From assembly GCA_965214095.1 (NCBI GenBank), contig OZ243938.1, forward strand, positions 4,896,001 to 4,960,000: DNA of 64,000 nt, read 5' to 3'. The translations under genes were made by a program, and so were the position numbers. Source of the stretch: Candidatus Poribacteria bacterium. GTDB taxonomy: Bacteria; Poribacteria; WGA-4E; WGA-3G. The notes under the pieces are model-generated. The model saw only the letters and a program-made list of their open reading frames with translations. It was not told the origin of the DNA and did no database searches. This document shows, piece after piece, positions 19,841 to 29,673 of this stretch. How positions within the stretch are numbered: position 1 is the first letter of the stretch; each line of letters opens with the position of its first letter.

Positions 19841-20715
19841 TAGAAATAGAACGGATTAGACCAAGCTTTCTTACCTGTTTCGTCCGTCACTTCTATTCGG
19901 ACATATTTCGTACTTTCCGATACTGGATATGTAGCCTCTGTAAGGAGTGCTCCATTTGTTGGTATGAAACGCCTACCTCGACTACGTTCTGCTTTAAAAA
20001 CAATAGATTTTGCTTCGGTACACTTTACATGTAACTTACTATCTTGTAACGTTATGTCATAAATTTCAGGTCCGAGAGTAGAATAAAATGAACCTGCTCT
20101 AAGTGCCTCCATGATACTGTCAAGAGTCAAATCTTCTGCTTTTACCATTATCCAACCGTGGAAACAGTCGTGTTCTGTGCCGTGTGAATCATCTGAAGCA
20201 ATCCCAAGAACAGGACCCCCTTTATCTAATAGGTCATCCCATGACTGTTCTGAAAAACCTTTCCCAATCCCCATACAAGTATCATTGTAGACTTCTACAG
20301 CAAAATACCCGCGCAACGGGAGGTAATCTGTAATAGTATGTCCACACCAATATGGATGACAGAGCACTGCCTCTCCACCCTGTTCTTTGATATCATCAAT
20401 TACAGCATTTGGATGCATTTTGGCACAGTTTACTGCTTCATGTATGTTGATCGCTACAATGTGGTATGTCGGACCTCCGTAAGGATTTGATGGATGGACT
20501 TCACTACCTGAGATCGCCAAAAAATCAGATGAGGTGTGGGCATCGACATCATTTACTTTGCGGTGGTCAGTTAAAACAAGAAAATCGTAGCCAGCATCCT
20601 GATATGCTGCGAAACGATCTGAAATTGAAAGTCGACCATCCGATTCTGTACTATGACTGTGGGTATTACCCCGGTACCATTGTCCTGGTTCTTGAAAAGG
20701 ATTTCGATAGATCAT
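19840..20715 (-). CDS. PHP-domain metallohydrolase (CehA/McbA-like)
   Basis: GNTHSHSTESDG, LTDH, HPYW, SDDSH, AWSNP. Confidence 0.85.
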   Translation of the reverse strand: MIYRNPFQEPGQWYRGNTHSHSTESDGRLSISDRFAAYQDAGYDFLVLTDHRKVNDVDAHTSSDFLAISGSEVHPSNPYGGPTYHIVAINIHEAVNCAKMHPNAVIDDIKEQGGEAVLCHPYWCGHTITDYLPLRGYFAVEVYNDTCMGIGKGFSEQSWDDLLDKGGPVLGIASDDSHGTEHDCFHGWIMVKAEDLTLDSIMEALRAGSFYSTLGPEIYDITLQDSKLHVKCTEAKSIVFKAERSRGRRFIPTNGALLTEATYPVSESTKYVRIEVTDETGKKAWSNPFYF

Positions 20716-20879
20716 TGTAACCTCCTTAATACTACATTAAATCGTTTGAAAAAATAATTCCCATTAACTTTCACATATCTTTGTAATGTAGTTCACGACA
20801 ACATTACAATGTCAATTTTACCATATTCAAATGTCGTGTGTCAACAAGATTGGAATAGAAAACTACGTGAGAATAATAC

Positions 20880-20908
20880 TTGACAGAATCTTAAATATGA
20901 AGTATCTT
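20880..20908 (+). promoter_or_regulatory. Putative sigma70 promoter
   Basis: TTGACA-17 bp-TATCTT upstream of the TPP enzyme. Confidence 0.4.
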
Positions 20909-20912
20909 TATC

Positions 20913-21049
20913 TATAGTGAAATTTGAAATTAACTATACACTTTGCATTTAGAAAAACGCGTTTGTAGTCGCGCAATTCATTGCGCCTCGGACATTATAT
21001 GAATAAGCAATTGGGACAATATGTTTCATTAATTGTCCGTTTAACCATA
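20913..21049. repeat. TATAGT-shell element with GTAGTCGCGCAATTCATTGCGC REP
   Basis: 43-bp core 20954-20996 is identical to 32527-32569. Confidence 0.7.
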
Positions 21050-21134
21050 AACTAAAAACTTGAGAATATAGAGAAAAATCTCACTGAAACAATATTCATA
21101 ATTAAATGTTTTTGAGATACAGAAAGGGTCTGTA

Positions 21135-22694
21135 ATGACAGGTGGAACACTATTTGTTGAATGTTTGAAAGCACAAGGAATTGAGGTGATTTTCGGTCTA
21201 CCGGGAAACCATCTTGATACCGTATACGAGGCATTATACAACAACAAGGATAGTATTCAGCACTATGTAACACGGCATGAAGGTGGAACTGCCTTTATAG
21301 CGGATGGATACGCACGCGTAACAGGTGATGTCGGTGTCTGCATGACGGTACCAGGTCCAGGTTCAAACAATGCTTCCATAGGGATATGTGAAGCTTATAC
21401 TGCATGTTCACCAGTACTGTGGATTACAGGACAAAATCCATCCTACCTGTCACAAAAAGATCCTCGTAAATGTTTTCACGGTTTAGACCAAGCAGCTGCC
21501 TTCGCACCGATGACAAAACATATTGAAATCGTTCACCGTGTAGAACAAATTCCGAATGCAGTCAATCGCGCATTTAGAGAGTTACGTTCAGGAAGACCAG
21601 GCCCAGTGCTAATCGAACTCGCAACAGACGCACTACAAGCAGATGTTGATTTACCGATTCCGCCAAGTAATAACGGCATTCAGACAATGGCAAGTCAGGA
21701 CGATATTGACGCAGCAGTTGCACTCATAAAAACAGCAGCACATCCTTTGATAATATCTGGTGGAGGGATAAATCACACACGCGCAACCACAGAACTACTT
21801 GATTTCGCCAAACTACTTGATGCACCCATAGCAATGACAGGTATGGGTAAAGGATCTATCCCTGAAGATTCTCCGTATTCAATCGGTCTTTTCCGTGACG
21901 GTATTGCACAAGCAGCAATGAAAGCATCAGATCTCATCATTGCAATTGGCACTCGATTCACCTATCGTGACACAGGAAATTGGTCGCTACAAATACCACA
22001 ACCCTTGATACACATTGAAGCAGACGTTGATGAGATACACAAAGAATATCCCGCATCCGTTGGAATAGGGGCAAATCCAAAATTAGTGCTACAACAACTG
22101 AATACAAGACTTCAAGATGAAAACATTGACTGCGGATGGGGTGATGGACTAAAACAGCTTCACAGCCAATTCACATCCATTGAACCACCACGTATCCTCA
22201 AAGAATTGCGTGATGTTATGCCACGCGATGCCATACTATCTGTTGATGTGAATATTACCGGGTATGGTGCATTATCACATTTTCCAACATATTCTGCTGG
22301 AAGTTATATCTTTTCAGGAATATCGGTTGCAATGGGTATTGGACTAACCGCTGCAATCGGTGCACAAGTCGCATATCCAGAACGGAAAGTCGTTGCACTC
22401 TGCGGAGATGGTGGGTTCTTGATGACAAGTCCCGATCTTGCCACTGCCGTGATGTATGACCTACCTGTAGTTACACTTGTGATGAATGACAATCAATACA
22501 CTTCCATTGAACGCGGGCAGTTACGTAGGTTTGGTAAACGTATCGGTGTTGAATTGGTCAATCCTGATTTTGTTCAGTTTGCAGAGTCATTTGGAGCATT
22601 AGGTTTACGTGTAGAAGATCCTGAGGATTTTAGACCAACATTGGAAAAGGCACTTTCGCTTGATAAACCTGTTCTTGTTGAAGTAATAAAGTAA
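21135..22694 (+). CDS. Thiamine pyrophosphate-binding enzyme (acetolactate synthase-like)
   Basis: FGLPG, RHEGG, GRPGPV, GDGGFLM...NDN TPP motif. Confidence 0.9.
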   Translation: MTGGTLFVECLKAQGIEVIFGLPGNHLDTVYEALYNNKDSIQHYVTRHEGGTAFIADGYARVTGDVGVCMTVPGPGSNNASIGICEAYTACSPVLWITGQNPSYLSQKDPRKCFHGLDQAAAFAPMTKHIEIVHRVEQIPNAVNRAFRELRSGRPGPVLIELATDALQADVDLPIPPSNNGIQTMASQDDIDAAVALIKTAAHPLIISGGGINHTRATTELLDFAKLLDAPIAMTGMGKGSIPEDSPYSIGLFRDGIAQAAMKASDLIIAIGTRFTYRDTGNWSLQIPQPLIHIEADVDEIHKEYPASVGIGANPKLVLQQLNTRLQDENIDCGWGDGLKQLHSQFTSIEPPRILKELRDVMPRDAILSVDVNITGYGALSHFPTYSAGSYIFSGISVAMGIGLTAAIGAQVAYPERKVVALCGDGGFLMTSPDLATAVMYDLPVVTLVMNDNQYTSIERGQLRRFGKRIGVELVNPDFVQFAESFGALGLRVEDPEDFRPTLEKALSLDKPVLVEVIK

Positions 22695-22763
22695 ACAAAC
22701 ATATACGACATATCAGTTTTTTAGAACATACTTATGTTCATCATATTTGAAATATTATTTTTA

Positions 22764-22866
22764 TATAGTGAATTATAAATATAAGTTGACACTTTCGCCC
22801 CACGGTAGGCGAGGTTTCCTAACCTCGCCGATGCAGAGTGTTCAAGTAATTTCAAAATCTACTATA
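22764..22866. mobile_element. TATAGT...ACTATA MITE-like element with GTAG REP
   Basis: Inverted ends; 70 bp (22799-22868) are identical to 31185-31254. Confidence 0.75.
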
Positions 22867-22886
22867 ATGTAAGATTGGAGTTTTCT

Positions 22887-24089
22887 ATGAAAAGAAGAAT
22901 AGGCGTTCTAACTGGTGGGGGAGATACAAGTGCGCTCAATGCCACCCTAAAAGGAATCGCACTGAAATCCGAAGAACTCGGTTTTGAACTTATCGGCTTT
23001 ATGGAGGGGTGGAGAGGAGTTCTTCAAGGTGGACGCTACCTAACCCTAACACCTGACATGATTGATGAGAACCATGGCGGCACAATACTAAAGAGTTCAC
23101 GCACAAACCTTATCGCCATGGACAAGTTAGACGAAGCAATTGAAAACCTAAAAAAATTGAATATCAGTGGTCTTATCCCAATCGGTGGTGATGATACACT
23201 TACAGTCGGTTCAGCACTTTCAGAACAATTTACAACCGTATTTGTTACAAAAACGATTGACAATGATGTGGGTATAAATCCACCTGAAGGGGATGCCGTT
23301 GATTATTCAAAAATGGTCAACTATTTCTGTCCCGGTTTCCCAACCGCGGCAAATAGAGTGATTAATGCTGTCAGAGATTTACGAACAACGACATATTCTC
23401 ACGACCGCATAATTGTTGTAGAAGCAATGGGAAGAGATGCAGGATGGCTCACTCTCTCCGCTGCCTACGGTTTGGCAGACCTTATCGTTGTACCAGAAGT
23501 GCCATATCAACCCGATAAGTTGGCAGAAGCAATACGAGAAATACATGCACTACAAGGTAATGTTATTGTCGTTGTTTCAGAGGGTATACGAAATGATGAT
23601 GGTGAATTAATGATTACATCTAAAGCGGAACTTGATGCCTTCGGACACACAAAGCCTGGAGGATGTTCTGAAATTATCGTGGAAGCAATGAAGAAACGTC
23701 TTACTGATATACCAAGTTCTGCCTTACGCGCATTGATACTTGGATACATGCAAAGATGTGGAAGTCCTACAGAATTGGATAGAGATACAGCAATTAAAGC
23801 TGGGTCGCTTGCTGTCCGATCACTCGCTGATGAAATGGATAATGGTGTTGCTACAATAACACGGACAGATGCAGGGATAGAACCCGTAATGCTGCCAATT
23901 GAAAGAGTGTTGAAACGAGACGAAACTGGACACGTCATCCGACGCAGTCTCGACCCACGATTCTATGATGCTGATCGATATCATCTATCACCAGAAGGGG
24001 CTGGGTATTTCCGTCCGCTCTTTGGTGACCTACCACGAAGAAGACGATCCTTGGAAGAACGCAACATTGATATCGGTGTATTGGATTAA
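22887..24089 (+). CDS. pfkA: 6-phosphofructokinase, probably PPi-dependent
   Basis: TGGGD, GGDDT, KTIDND, EAMGR, LGYMQR. Confidence 0.85.
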   Translation: MKRRIGVLTGGGDTSALNATLKGIALKSEELGFELIGFMEGWRGVLQGGRYLTLTPDMIDENHGGTILKSSRTNLIAMDKLDEAIENLKKLNISGLIPIGGDDTLTVGSALSEQFTTVFVTKTIDNDVGINPPEGDAVDYSKMVNYFCPGFPTAANRVINAVRDLRTTTYSHDRIIVVEAMGRDAGWLTLSAAYGLADLIVVPEVPYQPDKLAEAIREIHALQGNVIVVVSEGIRNDDGELMITSKAELDAFGHTKPGGCSEIIVEAMKKRLTDIPSSALRALILGYMQRCGSPTELDRDTAIKAGSLAVRSLADEMDNGVATITRTDAGIEPVMLPIERVLKRDETGHVIRRSLDPRFYDADRYHLSPEGAGYFRPLFGDLPRRRRSLEERNIDIGVLD

Positions 24090-24144
24090 GAAAATAACCA
24101 AAAATGATTCATGATAGGCAACTGAATCAATACATATCCAATTC

Positions 24145-24233
24145 TACCAAATTAACCTAAATCGTAGGGGCAGGGTTCCCCTGCCCGCCCGTATTCTCAG
24201 TATCAAAACAATACAGATCTCGTTAATTTGGTA
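24145..24233. mobile_element. Small MITE-like shell with GTAG REP
   Basis: Perfect 12-bp IR TACCAAATTAAC/GTTAATTTGGTA around GTAGGGGCAGGGTTCCCCTGCCC (24164). Confidence 0.65.
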
Positions 24234-24239
24234 TTACAC

Positions 24240-25301
24240 CTACAAAGGCAGTGAAATCGGAACACCAGATTGGGATGAACGATAGGTAGCCTCTGCCAAC
24301 TCTATACCATCTCTCCCAATCTGTCCATGCGTTGTCGGTTCTGCTTCACCCGCAATACACTGCAACCAATGATCAATACTCGCACCTTTCGCGGCTATAC
24401 CCCAATAACGTTGATTGCGTTGTGCTTCCGGTATATTTCGATATGTATCATCATCTGGAATGGGTGCTGTGAATTCCTCTGCTGAATCCATATCGTGAGT
24501 TTTCCAACGCACACCATTTCGTATAATTGATGCTGATCCATTACTTGTAACCAAACCATTACCACTATGTCCAACTTGTGCAGCCCAACTCTTCATCATC
24601 ATACCAACACCACCATTCTTGAAGTGCACTGTCAAAACAGCATTGTTTTCCACTGCTTTATCTTCAGATGGATATGTACCACCAAGTGGGACATGTGATG
24701 TGTAACCGTAGACAGATGTAGCAGGTCCATGCAACCACAACCACAAGTCTAAATGATGGATCGCTTGCTCAACAAGCATCCCACCTGACTCTTCCTTCAC
24801 AAAAAGCCACGGATGTTTTTCAGGTGAAAAGTATCCTACTTGATTAGAGTATGCCATCTGTAGAGTGCCAAGAGTTCCATCCTCAAGCAGCGATTTCAAT
24901 TTCATAAATCCCGGATCAAACCGCATCATATAGGCAACCATCAGCAGAACACCAGCATCTTTGGCAGCAGCGACCATTGCGTCACCCTCAGCAACATTAC
25001 AACACATCGGTTTTTCCATCAGGATATGCTTGCCTGCATCAGCGGCAGCACGTGTAATTTCAAGATGTGGACGCGGGTGAACGCATACATCAACTGCATC
25101 GATGTCTTTTCTATCCAAAAGCGCGCGATAATCTGTGTAAGCATCTGCTTCAAAACGATCTGCTTGTTCTTTAGCACCCGCCTCATTAATGTCAGCAATA
25201 GCAACAATATCTGCACGTCGTGTCGGTTCATGGTAATAAGGTGAGTGAAGGTTACGAAAGATACCACCACACCCGATTATTCCAACTCTCATTTTGTCCA
25301 T
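24240..25301 (-). CDS. Gfo/Idh/MocA family oxidoreductase
   Basis: GIIGCGG, EKPM, SGGMLVEQAIHHLD. Confidence 0.9.
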   Translation of the reverse strand: MDKMRVGIIGCGGIFRNLHSPYYHEPTRRADIVAIADINEAGAKEQADRFEADAYTDYRALLDRKDIDAVDVCVHPRPHLEITRAAADAGKHILMEKPMCCNVAEGDAMVAAAKDAGVLLMVAYMMRFDPGFMKLKSLLEDGTLGTLQMAYSNQVGYFSPEKHPWLFVKEESGGMLVEQAIHHLDLWLWLHGPATSVYGYTSHVPLGGTYPSEDKAVENNAVLTVHFKNGGVGMMMKSWAAQVGHSGNGLVTSNGSASIIRNGVRWKTHDMDSAEEFTAPIPDDDTYRNIPEAQRNQRYWGIAAKGASIDHWLQCIAGEAEPTTHGQIGRDGIELAEATYRSSQSGVPISLPL

Positions 25302-25302
25302 C

Positions 25303-26037
25303 TTATGTTCCTTTCTGCATACTGTTTCTTAGAATAGGAGGTGTTCCCTCATCCTGTAAAAGCGAAAGTGTTTCAGCAATTATCGCATGTTGTAATTCTG
25401 AATTGTTCGGTTCTCCCAACGGATGTCCAAAACTATACGGAACAAGCAATGCACGCGGGGGTTTCACCTTCTTCGTGATGTCTTCCAAGAGTGTAATAGA
25501 TACAGTAGATATTCCCACTTCTTCAACAACACGTTGAATCAATCCTACAGACTGATTGCATAGCGGTCACACCGGAGTTAAGAATGCAACATCAACACCA
25601 TCAGCTTTAAGCATCCTTGCTACCTCTGGAGCAGTGTCCGCAATGAGATGCTTCGGTCTTGAAATTGATCCCATAAAACTGAAGTGTCTATGATTAAGAG
25701 AACCGATTTTTCCTTCATTCTCCAGTTCTTTAAAACGATCAATAGGAAAAACAAGATTGGCATCTGTTTTTGTATCAGACTTATCGTAGGCAACGCTTTT
25801 ATGTCCGACCTTTAGTTCATTAGACTGAATTGAATTGGGAATCTCGCGGTAGGAACAATCACCGTTTACATAAGGTTCCTGTCCATTGATATAAAATCCC
25901 GCAGTCGTAATGAGAACAACATTACATTCATTCAAAGGTTTCTTAAGCGGTGTGTTTGGAGTCGTGCCATACCGTTTGCCACGATAAAACCGCATAAAGA
26001 AACGGAATAATGGTTCAAGTTCACTTATTGATGCCAT
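25303..26037 (-). CDS. Glycine/proline reductase selenoprotein B (GrdB/PrdB)-like protein, Sec at codon 157
   Basis: ORFs 25567-26037 and 25303-25542 are in frame. The junction reads FLTPV-TGA(25567-25569)-PLCNQSVGLIQR, a UxxC motif. Family motifs LITTAG, FPIDR, HFSFMG, PPRA...GHPLG. Confidence 0.9.
25537..25557 (-). promoter_or_regulatory. Putative bacterial SECIS hairpin
   Basis: AATCAGTC-TGTAG-GATTGATT 8-bp stem separated from the TGA by 9 nt. Confidence 0.65.
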
Positions 26038-26048
26038 ATTTATCCTAA

Positions 26049-27074
26049 TTATCCATTAGCATAGATGAGTCGTTTCCTGTTTTGACACGGAAGTTCTATC
26101 GTCTGTCCAGTGATACCACTCTCAATAGACGCAAATCCGATCTCATTCACTGCAGTATAATCATCGCGTGAACAATCAGGTGGTTGTCCACCATCAAGAT
26201 AGTCTGTTATCTGTTTATACGCAACCTTGAATGGACTTGCATTCTCAGGTAAATCAAGTGTGTCATTATCTACGATCTTACCACCTTTCTGAACCGTTGC
26301 ACCACTATAGAAACCAGTTTGCACTGAACCTTCACTTCCTAGTACATCCACTGAAAAACCACCTTTAACACCATGTTTTCCAACATGATAACCGATAGCA
26401 CCGTTTTCAAATTTGATAGTTGCACCGACAATTGCAGGCTCTGGTTCATAAGGTTCTGGCACATCACCACCACCTTCAACATAGCCTGTGACTGACACGG
26501 GGTCATATCCAGCAAACTGACAAATCATATCTGTGGTATGGATTGAGAAGGATAGCACACCACCACCACAATACCCGATGACACTCTGCACTTCACCAAC
26601 CAACCCGTCCTTAACCAACGATTGTAGTCGGATGAGATGCGGTCCCCAATGTCTTGTATAGTCAACTACAATGGGAATACCTTTCGCATCAGCACCTGCG
26701 GTCATAGTGTCTACCTCTTCAAGCGAACATCCTGCAGGTTTTTCAAGAAAAATGGCTTTGATGTCTGCCCTCAATACGTTCTGCATTACCTCAAAATGGT
26801 GCGGACCCCGCACACAGACAGCAACAATATCTAACTTCTCACTTTCCAACAATTGCACATCTGTTTCATAATAATTGATTGAATTGTCTGGAAATCCTGG
26901 CCCCCAAGTCCTCTTGAAGTCTGCTTGACGGTCAGTAGACATATCTGCAACTGCGACTAACTCTGTAGTTTCACACAGACGGATGCCACCTGCATGACAA
27001 TACGGATATTCATCACTCGGTGTTGAATAACGGGCTGCAATACTACCTAATCCGATAATTCCGACACGATACAT
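26049..27074 (-). CDS. Gfo/Idh/MocA family oxidoreductase
   Basis: GIIGLGSIA, FLEKP, IHTTD. Confidence 0.88.
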   Translation of the reverse strand: MYRVGIIGLGSIAARYSTPSDEYPYCHAGGIRLCETTELVAVADMSTDRQADFKRTWGPGFPDNSINYYETDVQLLESEKLDIVAVCVRGPHHFEVMQNVLRADIKAIFLEKPAGCSLEEVDTMTAGADAKGIPIVVDYTRHWGPHLIRLQSLVKDGLVGEVQSVIGYCGGGVLSFSIHTTDMICQFAGYDPVSVTGYVEGGGDVPEPYEPEPAIVGATIKFENGAIGYHVGKHGVKGGFSVDVLGSEGSVQTGFYSGATVQKGGKIVDNDTLDLPENASPFKVAYKQITDYLDGGQPPDCSRDDYTAVNEIGFASIESGITGQTIELPCQNRKRLIYANG

Positions 27075-27144
27075 TGAGTTCACTCCTTATTTTGGGATAT
27101 TAAGAGATTAGCACATATTGAAGTTAATAGGCAAGTGTTATTCC

Positions 27145-27387
27145 CTAGGTTATTTAGTTTTCGGTTTTTCTTCTATTTTCTTCACAAATGCTAAATTTCC
27201 CAAGCCGGTAGGTGCGGTTTCCTAACCAATGCAGAATACCACACGCGTATTCTAGCGTGTACCAGACACCTTTCATAATAAGTCTTCTCACAGGTTCCGA
27301 TGCCGTTCGGAAACCGCACCTACCGGCTTGGGTGTTAACTTTCAGTAAATTTCTGTTTTGGAATATTCTTAAAACTAAATAACCCTG
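27145..27387. mobile_element. CAGGG-type MITE (opposite orientation to 3883 copy) with a different REP cargo
   Basis: Ends CTAGGTTATTTAGTTTT / AAAACTAAATAACCCTG; internal perfect 24-bp IR 27199-27222 / 27309-27332. Confidence 0.8.
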
Positions 27388-27396
27388 ATTACTTTC

Positions 27397-27425
27397 TTGA
27401 CAAAGAGAGTGTTTTATTGTAAAGT
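27397..27425 (+). promoter_or_regulatory. Putative sigma70 promoter
   Basis: TTGACA-17 bp-TAAAGT. Confidence 0.45.
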
Positions 27426-27493
27426 TATATCGTGTTTATTATTTCCTTGATGGAGATATTTATTCAGAATGAAGAAAGGTAAGAGGTGATAGT

Positions 27494-28264
27494 ATGTTAC
27501 GTGAATTACTTTCGAGTAGATTAGTTTTTGCCGGGATTTTTATCTTAGTTGTGTTTGCGGGTGCTTGCTGGTTCTATAGTTGGCATGTTCAACGCGCTAT
27601 TGATGCAGAGTTGGCAAAAGATGCACTGCTGCATTCAGGGAAAAATGATGATGAAACACGCGATGCCCAGGACACTCTTGAAACCGGTGACACACAAATG
27701 TCTGACACCACGGTTGTGCCACCGGCAGATAATGTCTCTGAAACGCTTGACACTGCGGATATGTCTTTACCTGAAGAAGCACCGGCAGAAGATGTGCCTG
27801 TCTCGCCTTTTGGTTTCGGGCCGTATCCCGAAGTACCAAAGGGGTTTTATGGGGAACCTTCATGGCTCTGGAGCGATGAATTCAAGGCGCAACTGGAAAA
27901 GACACTATCATACGGTCTTAAGTCAAGAGGTCTCACTTTTACCGATCATTTGAGAATAAGTGAGCTCCAGGATCGTGTCGCAATCAAGCTTTTTAACGAA
28001 GGTGTTGATTTTGCTGGAATGACAAGTATCGATCAGAACGGTCTGTTTTACCCCGATGAGCCTAATGTCATCTACGTGGCATGGCAAGAGGTAACAGAGA
28101 AAAATGGTGAAGTGAGGCGCTATATATCAGCTGGGCTCGGTTCGTCAATGTCAGAGTTATCTATTCCCGAACGAATGGGATACGATCCGATTCCTGATTG
28201 GATTGAGGTAAGATCATATGCAGACGGTATTGATCCCTATGAGTATCTGGGACTTAACCGTTAA
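27494..28264 (+). CDS. Membrane-anchored hypothetical protein
   Basis: GAGGTG RBS, TM helix, acidic linker, PVSPFGFGPYPEVP motif. Confidence 0.75.
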   Translation: MLRELLSSRLVFAGIFILVVFAGACWFYSWHVQRAIDAELAKDALLHSGKNDDETRDAQDTLETGDTQMSDTTVVPPADNVSETLDTADMSLPEEAPAEDVPVSPFGFGPYPEVPKGFYGEPSWLWSDEFKAQLEKTLSYGLKSRGLTFTDHLRISELQDRVAIKLFNEGVDFAGMTSIDQNGLFYPDEPNVIYVAWQEVTEKNGEVRRYISAGLGSSMSELSIPERMGYDPIPDWIEVRSYADGIDPYEYLGLNR

Positions 28265-28701
28265 ATCAATTTTTTTGACGCATAACTAAAGTTTGGACAA
28301 TATTGTTAGGTTCAAGTATTTTCATCACTATGTGTATCGTTGATTTGCCGAAAAACCTGTGTAATATTCTGTGAGTTATCTTTTTCTTTCGAACTCACTG
28401 AAAATAATGTTTTTGCTATTTGCAATCGCAGAACAGCGACACACAATCCGAGTGTGAGTCGTTCAGGACGATACCAATGCATCCCGAGTTCTTTGCGGAC
28501 ATCTTCAGCTATCAAGTTTTCTGTGTGGGGGCTGCTATAAACACGAGCTTCGTTAGACAAGTAGTGTGTAAATAATTTTGGTTTCTACTATAAATTGACA
28601 TACATGCAGATCTTGGTCAGGACACAGTCAATCTTCCCAATTCTCGTCACATCCTTCCATCCTATCCAACAACCCCTATCCGTCCAAAAGACATCTGATC
28701 T

Positions 28702-28722
28702 TGAAAATCCTGGTTCAGACAA
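28702..28722. repeat. Short dispersed repeat TGAAAATCCTGGTTCAGACAA
   Basis: Identical 21-mer at 47748-47768. Confidence 0.6.
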
Positions 28723-28959
28723 AAATGAATTCAACAAAACCCAATACTCTTTGTTCCCATTCTGTCAAATTGTTCTGCCTTTGTTGAACTCAGAAAATGA
28801 TGACTACAATTTTACACACCAATGCACCAATTTTTTGCCAATGATTATCAATATATGATATAATAAACAATAGTTCGCAAATATATGATAAATTGAACAC
28901 TTAACATAAAGTTATATCCTATTGTGTTCAAACAGACACATCTCTGTCAGGAGGGAGAT

Positions 28960-29667
28960 ATGTCGGAAACAAACCTAAAGAAACGTATTCGTGATGGACA
29001 CCATGTATATGGAGCATCTGTGTCAATGACCATAGATCGTGACAGTCTCGCTGAAAGAGTGGAAAAAGGTGGATACGATTTTGTTGCAGTTGACAGTCAA
29101 CATGCGCCATACTCTGAAGATAGACTTGTCGCATTTTGTAATATGGCAGACGATTTAGGTATTCCAGTCAACTTTCGGATCAAACATACACGCAACGCAT
29201 ATCTCATTGGAAACTACCTTGACCTCGGTCCATCCGGTATTGAAGTGCCACAAGTAGAATTAGAGGAAACTGTTGACGAAGCAGTTGCCGCCTTTTATTA
29301 TCCGCAGGAAGGATTACGCAGTTGGGGTGGTGCTGCAAGAAAAAATTCAGCAAATATGGAACGACTGCAATATGCAGACTGGTGGAATAACTACGGTATG
29401 CTGTGGATGCAGATTGAGTCTATTGAAGCGGTAACACATGCAAGAAGGCTTGCAAAAACTGGTGTAGATTGTCTCTCGTTCGGTCCAACAGATTTAACTT
29501 TCAGTATGGAAGGTCATCCGAATCATGCTTTACAAACTGTAGATGCTTGTGTACAGTACGTCGTGAAAGAATTAGAAGATAGTTCAACTACTGTCTGTTT
29601 TCGAAACGGTAATCCAAGCACACGCAACAAGTACGCTGATATGGGTGTTACCGTTTTCTTAGAATAG
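28960..29667 (+). CDS. HpcH/HpaI aldolase family protein
   Basis: DSQH, LDLGPSGIEVP, YPQEGLRSWG, QIES, FGPTDL. Confidence 0.85.
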   Translation: MSETNLKKRIRDGHHVYGASVSMTIDRDSLAERVEKGGYDFVAVDSQHAPYSEDRLVAFCNMADDLGIPVNFRIKHTRNAYLIGNYLDLGPSGIEVPQVELEETVDEAVAAFYYPQEGLRSWGGAARKNSANMERLQYADWWNNYGMLWMQIESIEAVTHARRLAKTGVDCLSFGPTDLTFSMEGHPNHALQTVDACVQYVVKELEDSSTTVCFRNGNPSTRNKYADMGVTVFLE

Positions 29668-29673
29668 TCTAAT

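Noticed and set aside
28312-28560. 82-aa ORF next to a lone TATAGT element end
   Set aside because: No recognisable motif or RBS; it may be a gene remnant but I cannot support a call.
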